A DNA stretch of 64,000 nt from an uncultured Candidatus Rokubacteria bacterium (GCA_963754315.1 CAVWFS010000008.1:576001-640000); one strand, 5' to 3'; numbered from the stretch's first letter, positions 41,086-50,559 are shown. Translations and numbers: made by a program. Notes: generated from the letters alone by a model not told the origin.

Positions 41086-42210
41086 ATGGTCACCGGCGAG
41101 GGGCGAGGGCTGCGGCAGGTCGGCTATTTCGATTGCGCAGGTGGGGGGCAGGTGGTCGTCGATGGCGAGGTGGCGTTCATCGCGCACATGCACGCCCCGG
41201 AGGGCACCACCCTCGTCGACGTGAGTGACCCTCGAAACCCACGGCGTCTGGCCGCGCTCGAGGTGCCAAAGGGCCTGCACTCGCACAAGGTCAGGGCGGC
41301 TCAGGGCGTCATGCTCGTGAATCGAGAAGCTCAGCCGGCGGATCACCCGCCTCCTGGCGTGCGAGGCGGCTTGGGCATCTTTGACGTATCCGACCCGCGT
41401 GCGCCTCGTGAGATCACCTTCTGGCCGTGCGGAGGAGCCGGTATCCATCGTTTCACCTTCGACGGTCGCTACGCGTATCTCTCCCCGGAAATGGACGGCT
41501 TCCTGGGCAACATCGTCATGATTCTCGACCTGCATGATCCCGCGCATCCCGAGGAGGTTGGCCGCTGGTGGATGCCCGGGCAGTGGATCGCCGGCGGAGA
41601 GAAGCCTACCTGGCCGGGGCGGCAGCACCGCTGCCATCACCCGATCCGACTCGGCAACCGGCTGTACGTGAGCTACTGGCACGGCGGCTTCGTCATCCTG
41701 GACATCGAGGACATGAGCAAGCCCCGGTACGTGGCCGGTCTCGATTGGAGCCCGCCCTTCACGCACCCGACCCACACGGCGCTGCCGGTCCCGTTTCCAC
41801 TCCACGGGCGGCGCGTGATGATCGTGAGCGACGAAGACGTCGCCAAGCTCGAGCCGTCGCCGCCCGCCTTTCTGTGGCTGGTGGACATCACCGCCGAGAC
41901 CCGGCCGGTCCCCTTCGCGACCTTCCAGGTGGCCGGGGTCGATGGCGCGCCCCAGCCGCCGTTCACCGGTTGCCATCAGCCCGCCGAAGAGGTGCGCAGC
42001 ACCGAGATTCCCGTCGCCTGGTTCGCCCATGGTCTGCGCGTGGTGGATATCGCCGATCCGCACCGGCCGCAGGAGGTGGCGTCCTTCATGCCGCCCGTTC
42101 CCGCGGGCCAGACGCGCGTGTCGAGCAACGACGTCTTCGTGGACCGACGCGGGCTCATCTACCTCATCGATCGCGGGCGCGGGCTTCACATCCTGGAACG
42201 GGTGCGATGA
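41086..42210 (+). CDS. LVIVD-repeat beta-propeller protein
   Basis: Repeated (L/I).DVSDP..P motifs; His-rich blades (HSHK, IHRF, CHHP, HTA, CHQ). Confidence 0.82.
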   Translation: MVTGEGRGLRQVGYFDCAGGGQVVVDGEVAFIAHMHAPEGTTLVDVSDPRNPRRLAALEVPKGLHSHKVRAAQGVMLVNREAQPADHPPPGVRGGLGIFDVSDPRAPREITFWPCGGAGIHRFTFDGRYAYLSPEMDGFLGNIVMILDLHDPAHPEEVGRWWMPGQWIAGGEKPTWPGRQHRCHHPIRLGNRLYVSYWHGGFVILDIEDMSKPRYVAGLDWSPPFTHPTHTALPVPFPLHGRRVMIVSDEDVAKLEPSPPAFLWLVDITAETRPVPFATFQVAGVDGAPQPPFTGCHQPAEEVRSTEIPVAWFAHGLRVVDIADPHRPQEVASFMPPVPAGQTRVSSNDVFVDRRGLIYLIDRGRGLHILERVR

Positions 42211-43265
42211 GTCACGAGATTCTCCCGTCCGATCGTGCGGCCGCAGAGGAAGGCGAGGCGTCCCTCGGTCTCGGCTGGCCCTCGTGGCGGTTCGAACCGA
42301 TGTCTGGTGTCCTCCGCATGGTGCGCCTGGTCGGGCCCACCGACGTCACCGTCCTGATTCTTGGGGAGACAGGGGTCGGCAAGGAGATGGTGGCCCACAG
42401 CCTGCACCGCGTGTCGCCTCGACGCGAGGGCCCCTTCGTGAAGATCAACTGCGCCGCCATGCCGCGCGATCTCCTGGAGAGCGAGCTGTTCGGATACGAG
42501 CGTGGCGCGTTCACGGGGGCTGATCGCCGCAAGCAGGGCCGGTTCGAGCGAGCCCACGGGGGCACCATCTTCCTCGACGAGATCGGGGAGATGGCCGTCT
42601 CGCTGCAGGCCAAACTGCTCCACGTGCTCCAGGATGCGACCTTCTCACGGCTCGGCGGAAACGAGGAGATCAAGGTCGATGTCCGCATCGTGGCCGCGAC
42701 CAATCGGGATCTGCGCACCCAGGTGGAGCGCGGAGAATTCCGGGAGGATCTGTTCTATCGCCTCAGCGTGGTGAACATCCGGGTGGTCTCGTTGCGGGAC
42801 CGCCCCGACGAAATCCCCGTGCTCATCCGCCAGTTCCTGGACACCTTCGCCCTGCGCGACGGGCGCCCACGGCCCCGGCTGTCCGCAGAGACCATGCAGC
42901 GGCTGACGAGCTACCACTGGCCCGGCAACGTTCGCGAGCTCGAGAACATCGTCCGTCAACTCGTCCTGCTCGGAGAGGATGCGGGAGTCCTTGACAACCT
43001 GCTGGCGAATCGTCGGCCCATGGCCCGCACGGAGTCGCCGGTCCGTGAAGCGGAGGCGGCGCCGAGCCCGCCGCCCAGCCCTGCTCCCGCCAGCGAGGAA
43101 CTCGGTCTCGCGGTCATCGCCGAACGCGCGCGTCAGGGCGCCGAGCGTCACGCGATCGAGCGGGCGCTGGCCATCACGCGCTGGCGTCGGACCGAAGCGG
43201 CCCGGATGCTCAAGGTCAGTTACCGGACGCTCCTGCGCAAGATGCGGGAGTACGATCTCGGCTGA
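42207..43265 (+). CDS. sigma54-dependent activator (AAA+ plus Fis HTH), lacking an N-terminal sensor domain
   Basis: GETGVGKE, ESELFGYERGAFTGA, FLDEIGE, FREDLFYRL, WPGNVRELEN, C-terminal HTH; only ~40 aa precede the AAA domain. Confidence 0.9.
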   Translation: MSHEILPSDRAAAEEGEASLGLGWPSWRFEPMSGVLRMVRLVGPTDVTVLILGETGVGKEMVAHSLHRVSPRREGPFVKINCAAMPRDLLESELFGYERGAFTGADRRKQGRFERAHGGTIFLDEIGEMAVSLQAKLLHVLQDATFSRLGGNEEIKVDVRIVAATNRDLRTQVERGEFREDLFYRLSVVNIRVVSLRDRPDEIPVLIRQFLDTFALRDGRPRPRLSAETMQRLTSYHWPGNVRELENIVRQLVLLGEDAGVLDNLLANRRPMARTESPVREAEAAPSPPPSPAPASEELGLAVIAERARQGAERHAIERALAITRWRRTEAARMLKVSYRTLLRKMREYDLG

Positions 43266-43268
43266 TCC

Positions 43269-44348
43269 ATGAAGATCACCGCCATCGACAGCTTCGTGCT
43301 CCGCGTGCCGACCAGCAAGCCCATCGCGCTGTCGTACCCGGAGCACCATCTCGTCTCGGCGCGCATCCACACCGACGAGGGGCTGAGCGGGCTCGGCTAC
43401 AGCCTGGTGTTCGGCGGTGGAGGATCGGAGTCGGTCCACGCGTATCTCTCCACTCGCCTCGCGCCGCTGCTGATCGGAGAGGATCCGCTCTTCGTCGAGC
43501 GGTTGTGGGAAAAGATGTTTCGCGGTGATCGAGGTATCAAGCGGCAAGGGGTGGCCGCCTACGCCCTCAGCGCGCTCGACATCGGCCTGTGGGACATCGC
43601 GGGCAAGGCGGCCCAGCTGCCCCTGTACAAGATGTGGGGCGCCGTGAGCGACCGCATCGCCGCCTACGGCAGCGGCGGCTGGCCGCAATACACGGTGGCC
43701 GACGTGGTGAGCGAGGCCGAACGGTATGCCGCCCTCGGGTGCCGTTACTACAAGATGAAGATTCACGACCCCGACCCCCACGTGAATCGCCAGCGCGTGA
43801 AGGCGGTCCGCGACGCCCTCGGCCCCGGCGTCCGGTTGATGGTGGACGCCAACCAGAAGCTGGACGTGTTGGCGAATATCCGCCAGGCGGCGCTGCTCGA
43901 GGACCTCGATCTCATGTGGTACGAGGAACCCGTCCTCGCCGACGATCTGGCAGCCTGCGCCGAGGTCGCCCACGCCATCCGCATCCCGGTGGCCACCGGT
44001 GAGAACAACTACTCCCGCTGGGAATTCCGCGAGATCATCGAGCGGAAGGCAGCGCGCTACCTCATGCCTGATGTGTGCCGCGCGAACGGCTTCAGCGAGA
44101 CCCTGAAGATCGCCCGCTTGGCCGCCGCCCACGGTCTGCTGGTCTCGCCCCACGTCGTGCACGAACTGTCCCTGCACGTGGCCGGCGCCCTCAGCAATGG
44201 ATTTCTGGTGGAACTGATCGACTGGACCCCGCCCGACCTCTTCGTCGAGATGCCGCGGTGCGAGGATGGTCATTTCCAGATTCCCGATCGGCCCGGGCAC
44301 GGGATCGCGCTCGCTCCCGGCGCCGAGCGTGCCTACCGTGTCGTGTAA
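43269..44348 (+). CDS. mandelate racemase/muconate lactonizing enzyme family protein
   Basis: ALDIGLWDIAGK...P, KMK, MVDANQ, YEEP, ATGEN, PD...G, PH. Confidence 0.92.
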   Translation: MKITAIDSFVLRVPTSKPIALSYPEHHLVSARIHTDEGLSGLGYSLVFGGGGSESVHAYLSTRLAPLLIGEDPLFVERLWEKMFRGDRGIKRQGVAAYALSALDIGLWDIAGKAAQLPLYKMWGAVSDRIAAYGSGGWPQYTVADVVSEAERYAALGCRYYKMKIHDPDPHVNRQRVKAVRDALGPGVRLMVDANQKLDVLANIRQAALLEDLDLMWYEEPVLADDLAACAEVAHAIRIPVATGENNYSRWEFREIIERKAARYLMPDVCRANGFSETLKIARLAAAHGLLVSPHVVHELSLHVAGALSNGFLVELIDWTPPDLFVEMPRCEDGHFQIPDRPGHGIALAPGAERAYRVV

Positions 44349-44450
44349 TCCTGCGTGCGCGTGTTCTCGCTGCTGTTTCCGCCCATCCTGAGGGAGTTTG
44401 GCTGGCGCCTCGACAACGTGCTCGATATGCGTGAGCATCCGACGTAGCCC

Positions 44451-45189
44451 ATGCCTCTCCCACGTGTTCGCCTCGGTGTCCTGGTGCCGCCGGGAAATCC
44501 AACGGTCGAACCCGAGCTCTACCGGATGGTTCCCCCTCACGTGAGCGTTCATTTCGCCCGGATGGAGACGGGACCGATGCGTGGGAGCCCACGGAAGCCC
44601 GGCCGGGATGGAAGAACGGACGCAGGCCTATCTCGACTGTCTGACAGGACCGGCCACCGCGCTCGGTGCCGTGAGTCCCAGGGTGGTCGTTCTCGCTCAT
44701 ACGGCGGCGAGCTATCTGACGGAATTTCGACACGAGGGGACTCTGGTGGATCGCCTCGCATCGCTGACCGGCTCGCAGGCGACGACCGCCGCCCAGTCAG
44801 TGGGGGCGGCCTTGCGTCGCCTCGGCGTGACGACCATCGCCCTCGGCACCCCGTACCCCGAGTCCATCAGCGTCCGCGGCCGCGCGTACTGGCAAGCGGC
44901 TGGGTTTCGCGTCGCGGGCTATCACCGGTTGGACAGCGACGACATCTACGCGGAAGGAGAAGAGCGAGCCGCGGAGCTGGCGCGTGCGGCCGACGTGCCG
45001 TCAGCGCAAGCGGTCCTGCTCAGCGGTACCGGGCTTCCGACCGTGGGCGTCCTCGAGCGACTCGAGCGCGAATTGGCCAAGCCCGTCATCAGCAGCAACC
45101 AGGCCCTGCTCTGGCACGCGCTCCGGCTGGCCGGCGTCGACACCACGATCGAAGGCTTCGGGTCGCTCTTGCGGCTGCCCGCCTCGTGA
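44451..45189 (+). CDS. maleate isomerase / arylmalonate decarboxylase-like (Asp/Glu racemase superfamily); frameshift near 44580
   Basis: RLGVLVPPGNPTVEPE...VHFAR in one frame; ALRRLG...IALGTPY...LSGTGLPT...KPVISSNQA..WHALR in the next. Confidence 0.82.
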
Positions 45190-46784
45190 GCGTCGGCGGC
45201 AGCGCCGACGCTCCGCTCAGCGCCGTACGGAAGTGGACGATCACCGGTTCCGTCATGTTCGTCACCGTGATGCAGGTCCTCGACGTGACGGTCACGAACG
45301 TCGCCCTCCCACACATCCAGGGTTCCTTGTCCGCCGGCGTCGATGAGGTCTCCTGGGTCCTCACCTCGTACCTGGCTGCCAATGCGGTGATTCTGCCGGC
45401 CACGGGGTGGTTGGCCGGCGCGCTCGGCCGCAAGCGATTCTTCCTGGCCTGCACGGTAGTGTTCACGCTCGCCTCTGTGCTATGTGGGCTCGCGCCCAAC
45501 ATCACGACACTGCTCGTTGCGCGCATGCTGCAAGGCATCGGCGGGGGACCGCTCATGCCGCTATCACAGGCAATCATGTGGGAAATCTTTCCTCTCCGGC
45601 AGCGGGGCATGGCCATGGCTGCGTGGGGGATGGGCATCATGATGGCCCCGATCTTCGGACCGACCCTGGGCGGCTGGATCTCGGACAACTGGTCATGGCG
45701 GTGGATCTTCTACATCAACGTGCCGATCGGGGTCATCGGCTTTCTCATCTCGAGCGCGGTGCTGTTCGATCCACCGTACCTGCGCAAGCCGGTGCGGGTG
45801 GACGTGCTCGGGCTGGTGCTGATGGCGATCGGCTTTGTCACCCTCCAGCTCTTTCTCGACCAGGGAGAGCGCCACGAGTGGTTCGACTCGTCGTTCATCG
45901 CCATGCTGGCGATCGTGGCGGTGGTGACGTTGACGGGGTTCCTCATCCGCGAGCTGACGACCGCTGAACCCATCCTCGACCTGAGCGTCTACCGGGACCG
46001 GAACTTTGCTGCCAGCAGCCTCGTCATGCTCGTGGTCATGATGGGCTTCTTCTCGAGTATGGTGCTCCTGGCCCTCTTCACGCAGAAGGTGCTGGGCTAC
46101 GATGCATGGACCTCGGGTACGGTCCTGGCCCCAGGGGGCGTCGGCAATATGCTCTCCCTCGTCATCGCTGGCCGTCTCATCACGCGCATGGACCAGCGGT
46201 GGCTCCTTGCCCTGGGATGCGTGCTGAACGCCTATGCGACCTACGTGATGTCCACCCTGACCCTGGGCGTGGACTACTGGAACCTGGCCTGGCCGCGCTT
46301 CATCCAGGGGTTTGGGGTCGGCCTCGTCTTCGTTCCGCTCAATACCGTGGCGCTGGCCACGATCGCGCGGGAGAAGATGGGCAATGCCACGGCCGCGCTG
46401 AACGTGGTCAGGAATCTCGGCGGTGGCATCGGGGTCGCCGTCATGACGACCCTGCTCTCGCGCCGGAGCCAGGAGCACCAGACCACCCTGGTGGGCCACG
46501 TCAACGTGTGGGATCCCGAAACGAGCGAGCGGCTGCGCGCCTGGACGGCTCACTTCTCCGCACAGGGGGCCGACTCGTTCACGGCCGAGCGGCGTGCCCT
46601 GGGGATGCTCTACCAGGAGGTGATGAAGCAGGCCCAGCTGCTGGCTTTTGCCGACGACTTCTGGCTGCTGTTCGTGGTGTTTTGTACGGCGCTCCTGCTT
46701 CTTCCCCTGCTGCGCCGGGTCCAGGTGGTGCCATCCGCCCGCGCCCGACCGCGCGAGGGACCAGCCCCCGTCGCGATCGAGTAA
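45186..46784 (+). CDS. DHA2 (EmrB/QacA) MFS efflux transporter
   Basis: MQVLDVTVTNVALP, WVLTSYL, R.LQGIGGG, GPTLGGWI.DN.SWRWIFYINVPIG; GTGA overlap with the upstream gene. Confidence 0.92.
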   Translation: MSVGGSADAPLSAVRKWTITGSVMFVTVMQVLDVTVTNVALPHIQGSLSAGVDEVSWVLTSYLAANAVILPATGWLAGALGRKRFFLACTVVFTLASVLCGLAPNITTLLVARMLQGIGGGPLMPLSQAIMWEIFPLRQRGMAMAAWGMGIMMAPIFGPTLGGWISDNWSWRWIFYINVPIGVIGFLISSAVLFDPPYLRKPVRVDVLGLVLMAIGFVTLQLFLDQGERHEWFDSSFIAMLAIVAVVTLTGFLIRELTTAEPILDLSVYRDRNFAASSLVMLVVMMGFFSSMVLLALFTQKVLGYDAWTSGTVLAPGGVGNMLSLVIAGRLITRMDQRWLLALGCVLNAYATYVMSTLTLGVDYWNLAWPRFIQGFGVGLVFVPLNTVALATIAREKMGNATAALNVVRNLGGGIGVAVMTTLLSRRSQEHQTTLVGHVNVWDPETSERLRAWTAHFSAQGADSFTAERRALGMLYQEVMKQAQLLAFADDFWLLFVVFCTALLLLPLLRRVQVVPSARARPREGPAPVAIE

Positions 46785-46830
46785 AGAGCGGCAGCCCAAT
46801 CGCGATCGAGTAAGAAGCCGCAGCCCAATC
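46771..46830 (+). repeat. 29-bp imperfect tandem duplication
   Basis: TCGCGATCGAGTAAAGAGCGGCAGCCCAA / TCGCGATCGAGTAAGAAGCCGCAGCCCAA (26/29 identical), spanning the MFS stop codon. Confidence 0.85.
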
Positions 46831-46901
46831 TAGAGGGGTGCCACGGGTCCCCCGGGGCACCCCGAACGGGGGGGTATGGGGGGTGAATCTGGACCCCCCA
46901 T
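46829..46901 (+). repeat. GC-rich palindromic element (copy 3), overlapping the 3' end of the ABC transporter gene
   Basis: TCTAGAGGGGTGCCACGGGTCCCCCGGGGCACCCCGAACGGGGGGGTATGGGGGGTGAATCTGGACCCCCCA aligns with the reverse complement of 25572-25655. Confidence 0.8.
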
Positions 46902-49900
46902 CTCAGCGATCGCGACGGTGGCTCCTGCCAGCTGGCGCGCGACGAGGCGGGCGTAGAGACCGCCACGGGCGAGCAGGGTGTCGTGATCGCCGATCTCGGC
47001 GACCCGTCCCCCTTCGAGGACCACGATCTGGTCCGCATCGCGCACGGTGGACAGACGATGGGCGATGACGAGGGTGGTCCGATCGCGCGCGAGCAAACGT
47101 AGCGACTCCCGGACTACCTGCTCGCTCACGGCGTCCAGGTGGGAGGTGGCTTCGTCGAGGATCAAGATGGGCGCGTCCTTCAGGAAGGCCCGCGCGATGG
47201 CCACCCGCTGCCGCTGGCCCCCTGAAAGCTGGGCGCCGCGTTCGCCCACGAGCGTGTCGAGCCGATCGGGGAGCGACCGGACAAAATCGGCGAGCGACGC
47301 CTTGGCCACTGCGGCCACGACTTCCGATTCGGTAGCCGACGGCCGCGCGATCATGATGTTGTTCCTGAGGGTGTCGTTGAAGAGATAGGTGTCCTGGGCG
47401 ACCAGGGCGATGCGACCGCGAAGCTCGTCGAGCTGATAGTTCGTCAGATCGTGGCCGTCGAGCTTCACCTCGCCGGACGCCGGGTCCCAGAAGCGAAGGC
47501 ACAGGCTGGCCAGGGTCGTCTTGCCGGCGCCGGAGGCGCCGACCAACGCGGTGGTGCGTCCCGCTGGCACCTTCACCGACACATCCTGGAGCGCCGGCTG
47601 CGCGCGGCCGGGATACGCGAAACTCACTCGGGACATCTCCAGCGCCGACGCGGCCCCCACTCCGGCGCTGACTCCTGGCCCGTCTGTGACAGGGACCGGC
47701 TCGGCGTGCACGGCATGCACCCGGCGCGTGGCGCCGAGCGTGTCGGCCAGCTGACGCGCGACCTGAGCGATTTCCCACACGGGGACGAAGGCCGACATGG
47801 CGAGCAAGGTCAGCAGGGGAAGCACGCCGCCATCGAGCCGCCCGCTGCTTGCGAGCAGGGCACCCGTTGCGACCACGGCCAGACCGCCAAACCCAGTAGC
47901 CATCTCCTGCAGCACCGTCTGCCGTGTGAGGTCTTCCAGATAGGGCAGGCGCGCTCGAACGTACACGCGCGCACGCTCCGCAAAGTCCGCACCCCGGGCC
48001 TGCTCCCGCTGGAAGGCGACGATCTCCCCCAGTCCCTGGACGGTGTCCACGGCGTGGGCGTTCATTTCGCCCACCGCTTCCCGCGCTCGCGAACCCAGGT
48101 GATCGACTCGCCCCCGCGCGAGTACCGGACTCAGGCCCACGTAGACGAGAAAGGGCAGAACGGCCACGGCCAGGGGCCACCCAAACGCGAGCAAGGTGGC
48201 AAGGACGCCGGCCGGGATGAGGACGGCGACGAAGGCTGGCGTGATCGTGTGGGCGAAGAAGTATTCGATCAACTCGATATCGTTGGTGGCGACGCCAACC
48301 AGGTCACCCGAGCGGCGCCGCGTGAGGTAGGCGGGAGCGAGCGCATCGAGCTTACGAAAGAAATCGAGGCGCATGTGGGCGAGGAGGCGGAACGCCATGT
48401 CGTGGGCGAGCCAGGACTCGAGCCAATGCAGGATGCCAGCCAGGGGGGCTACGACTGCCAGCCCCAGCAGCAAGGTGCCGAACGGGGCACCCTTCTTGAG
48501 GGCAAGCACGATCAGCGCGCTCACGATTCCTACTCCGATCAGAGCCAGGACGCGTGCCACGCCCAGGACGAAGGTGGCCAGGAGCTGCCCACGATACGGA
48601 GCAACCATGCGGAGGAGGATCCGGACTACCTGCCCCCAGCCGAGTCCCTGTGCCTGGACGATACCTTCGACCATCGGAGCGATCGACGGTGCATGCTCTC
48701 CGGTGACAGCCGGAACGCGGTCGCCATTGACCGCGACCGCAGCGAGATCGTGAGCGTCAATGAGGTCGGGCGCTCCCGCGCCGTCCTGGGCCTGAGCAGC
48801 CATGAGCCGATAGTAGGCGCCGTGGCGTGCCATGAGCTCGCCGTGCCGACCGCTCTCCACCACTCGGCCGTCTTCCAGGGCCAGGATGCGATCGGCACCG
48901 ATCACGCTGGAGAGGCGATGGGCGAAAATCAAGGTGGTCCGGCCCTGCATGAGCCGATCGAGGGCTTCCTGAATCACGGCCTCGCTCTCGGCATCCACCG
49001 ACGACAACGCCTCGTCCAGGATCAGGATCGGCGCATCCCGCAAGAGCGCGCGTGCGATGGCGATCCGCTGTCGCTGCCCCCCGGACAGGCGCACGCCGCG
49101 CTCACCGACGACCGTGTCGTACCCCTGCGGCAGCCTTGTGATGAATTCGTGGGCATTGGCGGCGCGAGCGGCCGTGTCGAGCTCCTCCTGCGTCGCGTCC
49201 GGCTTGCCCATACGGAGGTTCTCGGCCACCGTGCCGTGAAAGAGGTAGGTGTCCTGGCTCACGAGCGCCACCGCGCCACGCAGCTCGGCCAGGCCGAGCG
49301 AGCGCACGTCGTGGCCGCCCACCTTGATTCGACCTGACGTGGGATCGTAGAAGCGCAGGACCAGGCGGGCGATGGTCGACTTGCCCGAACCACTCGGCCC
49401 CACGATTCCCACCCGCTCACCGGCGCCAACCGTGAAGCTGAGGCCGGCATGCGCCGGCTCGCGGCCGCCAGGATACGAGAAGACGACGTTCTCGAACTCT
49501 ACGGTGGGAACGAGCTCTCCGTGATTCGCCTCCCCGCGGGCGCTATCGGCCACGGTCGGTCGCGCGTCGAGGATGGAGAAGATGCCCTGGGCGGCGGAGA
49601 GGCCCAGCATGCCCTGGTGGAGCAGGATGCGCAGTTCGCGCAACGGGCGGAACACCTCCACTCCGAGCATCAGGATGACGAGGAGCACGGTCAGCTCCAT
49701 CTCCCCCGCTCGGACCCGATACGCGCCCCACCCGAGCGCCACCGCCGCCCCTACGGCGATCCCGGTATCCGTGATGCCCCGGGCGAGCGTATTCGTTCCC
49801 AGCACCCACATGGTGCTGCGAAATAGGGCCCACCCCCGCGTTTCCAGGAGCTTCAAGCGGGCCGTGCTCTGACCGAAGGCCTTCAGGGTCGCCAGCCCCT

Positions 49901-50525
49901 GGATCGAGTCCAGGAAGTCGGCGGCGTACGCGCTGTAGGCCTTCTGACGGGCGAGGCTGGCCTGAGCGTCTTTTCGGTGCCACAGCGCGGGGGCGAAAAG
50001 GGTGACGAGAGCGGCCACCAGAAGCACGAGGGCGATATGAAGATCGAGGAACGCCACGGAAGCAAAGATCAGGATGGGCGTGAGCGCCGCCACCGCGAGC
50101 TGGGGGAGGTATTGGCCGAAGTACACTTCGAGCTGCTGCACTCCCTCGACCATCGACAGGATGACGTCGCCCGTGCGCGACTGGGTGAAGTGCGCAGGAC
50201 CGAGAGCGACGACGTGATCGTAGAGGTTCTGGCGAAGCCGCGCCTGGACCAGGGCCGCCGTGCGGTGCGCGATCATGGTGCGCCAGTATTCGAGCGCTCC
50301 GCGGGCCAGGATGATCAGGCCTGTGAGGGCGATGGGCGCGGCCAGGGTGGCGAGGGAGTCCCCCGCAAAGACCCGGCCGAGCAGCCACCCCAAGAGGGCA
50401 AGGCGGGCAATGCCGGCGACCACCTGGAGGAGGCCGACACCCACCGTGGCCGCGATGCGCAAGCGAACACCCCGCGTGAAGCTCCACAGCCGTCGGTCGA
50501 GGTACATGCGCGCTCGATTCTCCAC
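46830..50525 (-). CDS. fused TMD-NBD-TMD-NBD ABC exporter (CydDC/IrtAB-like halves)
   Basis: Two complete NBDs (GPSGSGKS/LSGGQRQR/ILDE and GASGAGKT/LSGGQRQR/ILDE), each preceded by a transmembrane domain, in one 1231-aa ORF; the start could be 50507. Confidence 0.92.
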   Translation of the reverse strand: MENRARMYLDRRLWSFTRGVRLRIAATVGVGLLQVVAGIARLALLGWLLGRVFAGDSLATLAAPIALTGLIILARGALEYWRTMIAHRTAALVQARLRQNLYDHVVALGPAHFTQSRTGDVILSMVEGVQQLEVYFGQYLPQLAVAALTPILIFASVAFLDLHIALVLLVAALVTLFAPALWHRKDAQASLARQKAYSAYAADFLDSIQGLATLKAFGQSTARLKLLETRGWALFRSTMWVLGTNTLARGITDTGIAVGAAVALGWGAYRVRAGEMELTVLLVILMLGVEVFRPLRELRILLHQGMLGLSAAQGIFSILDARPTVADSARGEANHGELVPTVEFENVVFSYPGGREPAHAGLSFTVGAGERVGIVGPSGSGKSTIARLVLRFYDPTSGRIKVGGHDVRSLGLAELRGAVALVSQDTYLFHGTVAENLRMGKPDATQEELDTAARAANAHEFITRLPQGYDTVVGERGVRLSGGQRQRIAIARALLRDAPILILDEALSSVDAESEAVIQEALDRLMQGRTTLIFAHRLSSVIGADRILALEDGRVVESGRHGELMARHGAYYRLMAAQAQDGAGAPDLIDAHDLAAVAVNGDRVPAVTGEHAPSIAPMVEGIVQAQGLGWGQVVRILLRMVAPYRGQLLATFVLGVARVLALIGVGIVSALIVLALKKGAPFGTLLLGLAVVAPLAGILHWLESWLAHDMAFRLLAHMRLDFFRKLDALAPAYLTRRRSGDLVGVATNDIELIEYFFAHTITPAFVAVLIPAGVLATLLAFGWPLAVAVLPFLVYVGLSPVLARGRVDHLGSRAREAVGEMNAHAVDTVQGLGEIVAFQREQARGADFAERARVYVRARLPYLEDLTRQTVLQEMATGFGGLAVVATGALLASSGRLDGGVLPLLTLLAMSAFVPVWEIAQVARQLADTLGATRRVHAVHAEPVPVTDGPGVSAGVGAASALEMSRVSFAYPGRAQPALQDVSVKVPAGRTTALVGASGAGKTTLASLCLRFWDPASGEVKLDGHDLTNYQLDELRGRIALVAQDTYLFNDTLRNNIMIARPSATESEVVAAVAKASLADFVRSLPDRLDTLVGERGAQLSGGQRQRVAIARAFLKDAPILILDEATSHLDAVSEQVVRESLRLLARDRTTLVIAHRLSTVRDADQIVVLEGGRVAEIGDHDTLLARGGLYARLVARQLAGATVAIAEMGGPDSPPIPPRSGCPGGPVAPL

Positions 50526-50559
50526 AATCTCGGCCGGGATAGCAAAGCCTCCGGTCTCC

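Noticed and set aside
41568..42206. Long N-terminal domain on the sigma54 activator
   Set aside because: It overlaps the LVIVD gene in another frame and translates to R/A/G-rich shadow sequence; the real start is 42207.
44451..46784. 777-aa isomerase-MFS fusion protein
   Set aside because: Artefact of the frameshift near 44580. The isomerase ends at 45189 and the MFS starts at GTG 45186.
42645..49337. Long antisense ORFs (e.g. 42645-44552, 47451-49337; also 26558-28147)
   Set aside because: They mirror well-supported genes on the opposite strand, as expected from stop-codon scarcity in high-GC DNA, and show no recognisable motifs.
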